Shown: positions 57,748-64,000 of the stretch, in pieces | Layout of the letters: each line of letters starts with the position of its first letter | How positions within the stretch are numbered: the stretch's first letter is position 1 | NCBI GenBank assembly: GCA_951406725.2 | Contig: OX597832.1 | Span: 33,852,001-33,916,000, forward strand | Direction of reading: 5' to 3' | Length of the DNA stretch: 64,000 nucleotides | DNA from: Octopus vulgaris | Taxonomy: Eukaryota | Made by a program: the position numbers and the translations under genes | The notes under the pieces: model-generated | Seen by the model: the letters and a program-made list of their open reading frames with translations, nothing else | Database searches by the model: none | What the model was told of the DNA's origin: nothing

Positions 57748-58345
57748 TGGTGAATATTAATAATAATAATGAAAGATATGTTTATTAAGTCTTTATACAA
57801 CTTTGCTGTCCAATATGCAAAATAAACATGAAAATGTTATTTAGACATTTGTTCGATATTCAGAAAAAATAACTAAAAAAAAAGATAATAATAACAAGCA
57901 TAAGAAGGCAGTTGATGAATTGGTAACCAACATATGGATGGTTCCATTCGTAAGAACAGAAACCGCTAAATAGAAAGACCAGACATTTTAATTACATACG
58001 GGCGCGTACACTTAAATTTGAATAAATCCGTCCATTCGTCTCAAAAGTATATTTGAAAGTTATTATAGATTAAATTATTTTAGAGCGTATTAAAATCAAA
58101 GTTAAAATAATTATGTGGGAATGTAAAAAGTGTCTATAAGGAAAACAATATTAATCAATGTGGTAATTTTTTTCTCTTGCTCTCTGTAGAGGAGGAAACT
58201 GGACATATAGCTGGCTTCTTCTGAGCTTATCGGTGAAGAATAATCTTCAGCATACGTGCCAAAGTACTTATGGAAGAATCGCCGAATGATTTTACAAGGT
58301 TTTACATTGACTAGCATCGAATCTCGCATTATCTACAGAATAAAC

Positions 58346-58583
58346 GGTCAAACTAAAGTGTTTGACCCGGTCATAAAAACAAAAAAAAAGCGTAATAGGT
58401 GTAAAACAACTTCCTCTAAACGAATATGATAAAAAAAAATGCGCGCTCGCGAAAGTGGGTGGGGGAGAGGCCTCGGAAAATTCACATCGTGAATTTCCGA
58501 AAGCGTCTGAGTGTCTGACCCGGGCACAAAAACCTATTACACTTCTTTTTTTTTATGACCGGGTCAAACGCTTTAGTTTGACC
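58346..58583. mobile_element. 238-bp MITE with perfect 8-bp TSD (Merlin- or Mutator-like)
   Basis: TIRs GGTCAAACTAAAG(T/C)GTTTGACCCGGTCATAAAAA (1 mismatch in 34 bp); GAATAAAC at 58338-58345 and 58584-58591. Confidence 0.9.
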
Positions 58584-58849
58584 GAATAAACAACTCATGG
58601 AAAAAACATTTATGAAAATTATAGTTAAATTTATATTAATATGCACACACGTAAACACATATATAAACACATATAATATACATACAATTATTGTTTTAAA
58701 ATCTTCAAGACTTAGCCGGTTCCACTGATTTCTCTGATTTTCTAAAGTTGAGAGAGAAAGACATGGAGGTATTCTGCAATTGTCTTGCATTCCATTGGAC
58801 TTCAAAACTTATTTTGTTTTTATAGCGAGGTAAAATTAGTATCTGTTCT

Positions 58850-59120
58850 GGATTCGTTTTGATTAGTCGAGGATGATCACGGGATCAGTTTTAGAAAGCT
58901 TTGTAATTTCTCCGCTACGTCCGTTTTTTCATGCGTGAATATATTTGGTGCCGTTTGTTAAAGCTGTCACGGTTGAGTGAAAATGTTTAATGACGATCCC
59001 TAACAGCCAAGGCTGTCTGAATTTTACCTGTCAAATGCAGCAGTAGTAATCTTCGAAATTTTTACAGGTTCCAAGCTATGGTTCTGTGAATTTAATCTGT
59101 CGAATGGTAGACTGAGCAGG
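58850..59120 (-). pseudogene. Possible highly decayed Helitron Pif1-helicase fragment
   Basis: Across frameshifts the minus strand gives GTCKNF / RLLLLHLTGKIQTALAV / VTALTNGT, similar to GTGKTF..LLA..ALAVA..ATLL.GG. Confidence 0.3.
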
Positions 59121-59624
59121 AGTTGTTTCTATGTAGTCTTGCGGTTGAATAGTTTTGGTTCGTGTCTATGTACGAAGTCATCAAATTTTACTATTAAACC
59201 ATTATTTTTTTCTCTTCATTCAACACTTATGTAGAATATATTTTCAGATTTGACTTAGATATAGCAATATCGATAACCTCGCGTTGGAACTCAGCATATG
59301 TAAACTTCATAAGAAAAGACTGAGGCAAGTACAGAGAGCAAAATGAAATTAAATAAATGAAACGACAACAGCACTTACGCAGTTACCATGTTTCTCTTGC
59401 CGCTGTTACGGCTTAAAGATGCTCGGAGATGTGTGCCTGTGCAGCATCTTATATAGCTTCCTCGGGACGTCTAAATAAAAGTGCAAGATTATTTGACTAA
59501 ATACATACATTGTTGTAATGATGTAGATTATGTAATATCTGTTCCCTTGCAATTTGTGCGTGTGTATGTACAAACACGCACGCACACACACTAACACACA
59601 CACACAAACATACACACATATATA

Positions 59625-60128
59625 CAGGGTGCGTAAGATATTTGAGGACAGATTTATGTTTATAAAAAAACAGCTATATAACATTAAATAATAACTTTAT
59701 TTATCAAAAAAATGCTATGAGGATGAAAATATACCTTTTCTATAATGTTATTCAATAAAAATATCTTCCGCTTCAACAACTGCTTTTATATGAGATCTAA
59801 ATCATCTACATGCTCGAATCAAGTGGTCTTGGATCATTTTGGACATTACTCTGACTTTGGCAGCTTTCAAAGAATCTTCCGTGTTATGGGCGTGTTCATT
59901 GACCTCTCTCTCATCAACGCTCCACATGTAATAAAAATCCCAATGGATTGAGATCTGGGGAATTAGAATGTTAGGGGTTATGTGTTAGTGAACATTTTCA
60001 GCCATTCATTCCTGTGTTACTAGAGCCATATGTGATAGTGTAGAGTCTTACTGAAACACATATGGCCTTCCATTGCACACACTGTCTATCCAGGGCTTAA
60101 CAATTATTTCCAGGAGCTTAATGTAAGC
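59625..60128 (-). mobile_element. 3' half of the same maT-like Tc1/mariner family, including the catalytic region
   Basis: TA|CAGGGTGCGTAAGATATTTGAGGACA TIR; minus strand VKPWIDSVCNGRPYVFQ*DSTLSH...NSPDLNPL..HNTEDSLKAA; spacing compatible with DD37D if a small deletion is restored. Confidence 0.85.
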
Positions 60129-60915
60129 GACAAAGTGGAGAATTCGTTCCCCCGGGGCCAGACTGTTAATGGAGAGTTATCTTGCGACGATGTGATAGGA
60201 TGGATCTGTGATCTTCAAATTAGCTCTCTCTTTTCTGGTTTTGAGAAGCCTAATTTCTCAAGAGTGACATTTAGGCAGAGTGTTACCTATCCCAGGGCCA
60301 TAATAATATGTATAGGTTGAAGCCTTAACTTGTAACCTGGATAGAATAACTGCACATTTCGCAATAGTTCACAGTATTCTCTTTTTCACTGATCTTCAGC
60401 TTTATGTTAACATCTTCTGGGCTGGTAATTTCCACAACTGTACACGTATGTGTGTATGTATGTATGTATGTGTGTATGTATGTGTGTATGTATGTATGTA
60501 TGTGTGTATGTGTGTGTGTGCAACTGTGAGTGTGTACGTGTGATGTGTGCATGTGTATGTATGTATGTCTGTGGTGAATTTGTGGAGAGGGAAAAGAAGA
60601 AATAAAAAAAGGCAAAAATGAATGAAATGAAGAAAAAAGAAATAAAGAAAGAGAAAAGGAAGAAAGAGAGAAAAGGATTTTTTGTCTGGAATAGTGGAAA
60701 TCATATTGTATACTTATGATTTGTTGCCATGGTACCCAGCTTTATAGAAAGTGATCTTTTTTCTGGGATGGTTGAAGTGAATGACAATTGAAGATGTCGC
60801 TTTTGTTTTGGTCGCTGCTGAGTTAATTGATGTTGTTCAGCTGTGGAAAATAGATTCTGTCAAAATTGTTTTGGAAGGGACGTAGTAAAGTGTGTGTTTG
60901 TATTTGAGTGTATAT

Positions 60916-60977
<62 letters not shown>

Positions 60978-61076
60978 GTGTGTGTGGTTCTGTGTTGTAT
61001 TGGTGACTTAAGTGAATTGAATTTCTCAAGTTATTTTAGTAATGAGACCATTTTAGTGAAAAAATCACGTGTTCAT

Positions 61077-61109
<33 letters not shown>

Positions 61110-61189
61110 TATAGTGAATCCAAAGTAGAAAAACAGGAAAAAACAATAACGCGAGAGCGTGGTGTGTGTGCGTGAGTGTATATATATAT

Positions 61190-61425
61190 ACATGAATGAC
61201 AATGGGATTGCAACTAGAAAGTTACCCTCCGATGCATAGGTCGTGTCAAGTTCGTTTATGGAAGACCAGCATCGGCCATGCATACCAGGGAAAGGCTGAG
61301 GCCGATACAGCTTCGCACCAGTGACGTTGTAACTCATTTCTACAGCTGAGTTAACTGGAGCAATGTCAAATAGTGTCTTGGCCAAGAACACAACACGCAG
61401 CCCAGTGCAAGATTCGAACTCCTGT
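61190..61425 (-). mobile_element. SINE family C (B-box plus CORE-like domain); related decayed copies at about 62400-62535 (-) and 63320-63432 (+)
   Basis: Minus strand GAGTTCGAATC...GCGTGTTGTGTTCTTGGCCAAGACACTATTTGACATTGCTCCAGTTAACTCAGCTG. Confidence 0.7.
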
Positions 61426-61436
61426 GCGTGCCTCAT

Positions 61437-61980
61437 GCTTTTGCTTGATTACTTGATGGGGATGGGTTCCTCCGAGGTCAATGGTCGCAAAGATGTCATC
61501 AGACGTAGAGCTGACCATGTCCACCAGTACACTTCTTCACCGACAGTCGAATACTGGTCTTTCTGCATCCTCCAGGGTGACATCGATTTCTCATCCAATC
61601 ACGTCTACCCATCAGGTGTGGATTCTGCTTTGAGGTATCTTCCAGCCAGCAGCTGCTGCATCGACAGAGAATATATCCGTATTAGGATGATCTAGCAGGA
61701 GACGAAGGACACGTCTGTAAAACACCTTACGACGGCGAGCTGTGAGATGGGAGGCTGCACGCTGATGCATGCGCACTCGCAATTATTTGTTGGAAACACC
61801 ATGGTACAATCTTATGTTCTCGTTGGGTCTAAGCTATCTGTTATCGTTGCCGTCGTTCTTTTTTGCCAAGTTCTTGGAGAAGGGCCACGTTTCTTCTCCA
61901 CAGGGGAGAATGGAGAGGGTCGATGCACTATTGGTGCGGAGCTTCGTCTTCCCGGAGATAAAGTGATGGTACCAAACGTT
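61437..61980 (-). mobile_element. Decayed 3' fragment of an RTE-clade LINE
   Basis: Minus-strand translation SILPCGEETWPF...VSNK*LRVR...RRRK...GWKIPQSRIHT*WVDVI resembles the RTE C-terminus (LLYG.ETW...RPRGRP..RW.D). Confidence 0.65.
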
Positions 61981-64000
61981 TAGGTAAGAAATAAGTTCTT
62001 ATAAAATGTAGTTCTTTTGCCTTTCGATCTTTCGTGCCACCATTTGTAGAATGGAAAGATCATGAATCCAGTGTCTCTATAGATTTTCTGTGAATTCTTA
62101 CACATTAGCAAGAATCTACGGGGTTTGGTCTGTTAGATGTTTCATTATTTTCTCTTTGCATCAGTCTTTTCTATCGCCTCACCTTTATCAGTTTCTTCTA
62201 GGATAACTGAGTTGATTTTCTACAGCGTTAGTAAAGCCTGCTTTTTTTTGTCTAAGAAGGTTTTGTTTTCATTTAAAGGTACGATCAGAAACAATTGTAC
62301 ATACATACAGATCTAAAGTATGCTTCCTTGACATTTCTGTCGCCTGAACTAGGATTTTTAAGGTCAATTTTTCATGTCGTATACACGATCGACATTAAAA
62401 TATACCCCTCTCTCCGAAGGGGCTGACACTTGACCGTTGCAGCGTGAAAATAAAATGTTTTGCTCAAGAACACAACGCGCTGTCCGGTCTATGGATCGAT
62501 AGGGCAATCACAATCTTGCTTTTGTACACAATGTCCTGTACACGCGGCCACGTACTGCAATTGTCCTTACTGGATTCAAGGCCATGACTCATGGAGACTC
62601 GCATGACGTATAAGGCATCGCAATCACCACATTGCTCTCAAAAGAGCCGCAAGTTTGTTGTAGGGTTAGTAATTGACATCTGAATGTGTAGGAGCCACTT
62701 GATTTCTTTTCTTTCAACAGCACAAAGTGTCACCAGCTGCCGGAATCGAAACCACGATATTTTGTTGCTGAGTACACTACCCCAAACTCTAGGGCCACTG
62801 GGCTTTGTGCATACGTAATACATTAGAATACACCATATGAGCCTGAATATACTAAATGCTAATATATTCATTGTAATATCAAATAACACACGAAATTCAT
62901 TTATTTCTAAATAAATTATTTCATATATAAATCCCTCAGGCTAGATTTGCTAACATTAATGAATATGTAGAAATTCCAGCATTCTCTTTTATCGAATTCA
63001 TTTTCATTATTCTGTTATATTTTAATCTAATCATTCACATCTCTTCCATTGTATTCCAGTGTGAAATCGCAACGTTGATTAACCTCATTTGAAAGTCAGC
63101 TGTCAAAGTCCAACTCTCATGCTACTCATATTCATGTACCCATTGAGGGTGACCTTTAGCAAATAGCCTAACCCGCTGAAATAGTGTGTGTGTGTGTGTG
63201 TGCACGCGCGGGCGCATGCATTTGAAGCATCCACGTGAGCGAGGGATTAAGTTGTTGCGATCAGGATCGTATGTTCATGAGTTCCATTCCATGAAAGGGT
63301 GACTCTTGGAGATCCTAAACAATGTATGGTGGTTAAGGAGCTGGGATCACGATCACATGGGCGTGGGTTCGGTTCTTGGACCAAAAGGCTTCTTGTGTCC
63401 TTGAGCCCTGATACTCCATATCACGTTGCTTTTCTTTACACAAATGCAATCAGCAGGAAAATGGGTTAGAGGTTAAAATGTCTACGAACTTGCGTCGCTT
63501 TTGTGAGAATTGTTTGAATCTTTGTCTTTTAAACGACTTGGAAAAGTAAATAATCTCTAACCTGCTGATATTGGTCCCTCGAAACACATAATATATATGT
63601 GTGTGTATGTATGTGTGTGTGTATGAATGTGTGTGTATGTAAACGCATACGAACGATCATGGTGCCAACACACACTCTGGTTCTTCTTCACTTATTTCTA
63701 TTATTATTAATCAACTATTTCAAGGATTAAACGATTCCCTAATCGACTGCATGATTAGTCGTTTGATTAATTAACCAATCAGTATGTTTCCCTTTCTAAT
63801 CCTGCTTAGTCTACTTATCTTCATCTCTTGGCTTTTGCTAGTCCATGTGTGTTATGCAGTGTGTGTGTGTGTATGTGTACGCGTAGCGAGTGTGTGTGTG
63901 TGTATAACACGTTACTATAGAATAAATTGTGCGGATGTACACATCTCCACCCTCTTTATTATTAATAATAATATATACCCCAGACAACATTTACCGTCCA

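Overview
AT-rich eukaryotic non-coding DNA, probably intronic or intergenic, saturated with (TA)n, (CA)n, (TACA)n, (GATA)n, (TAG)n and (TAA)n microsatellites. The repeat landscape resembles a cephalopod (octopus) genome; this is inference only. No host protein-coding gene is supportable, and nearly all listed ORFs are microsatellite artefacts. Real content: three CR1-like LINE RT fragments, an RTE 3' fragment, several tRNA-derived SINE families, Tc1/mariner (maT-like) remnants, MITEs and a tRNA-His pseudogene. Main observation: about nine minimal type-I hammerhead ribozyme motifs of the Penelope/retrozyme kind, each in a short element mostly abutting (TA)n. Their cores vary at the 3-8 pair (C-G, U-A, G-C, U-G). 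One sits in a 356-nt-period partial tandem repeat, and a related end forms a perfect 53-bp foldback. Second observation: one LINE 3' tail is shared by a SINE family and by a tRNA-His/LINE-tail chimera. All structures were folded by eye, not computed.
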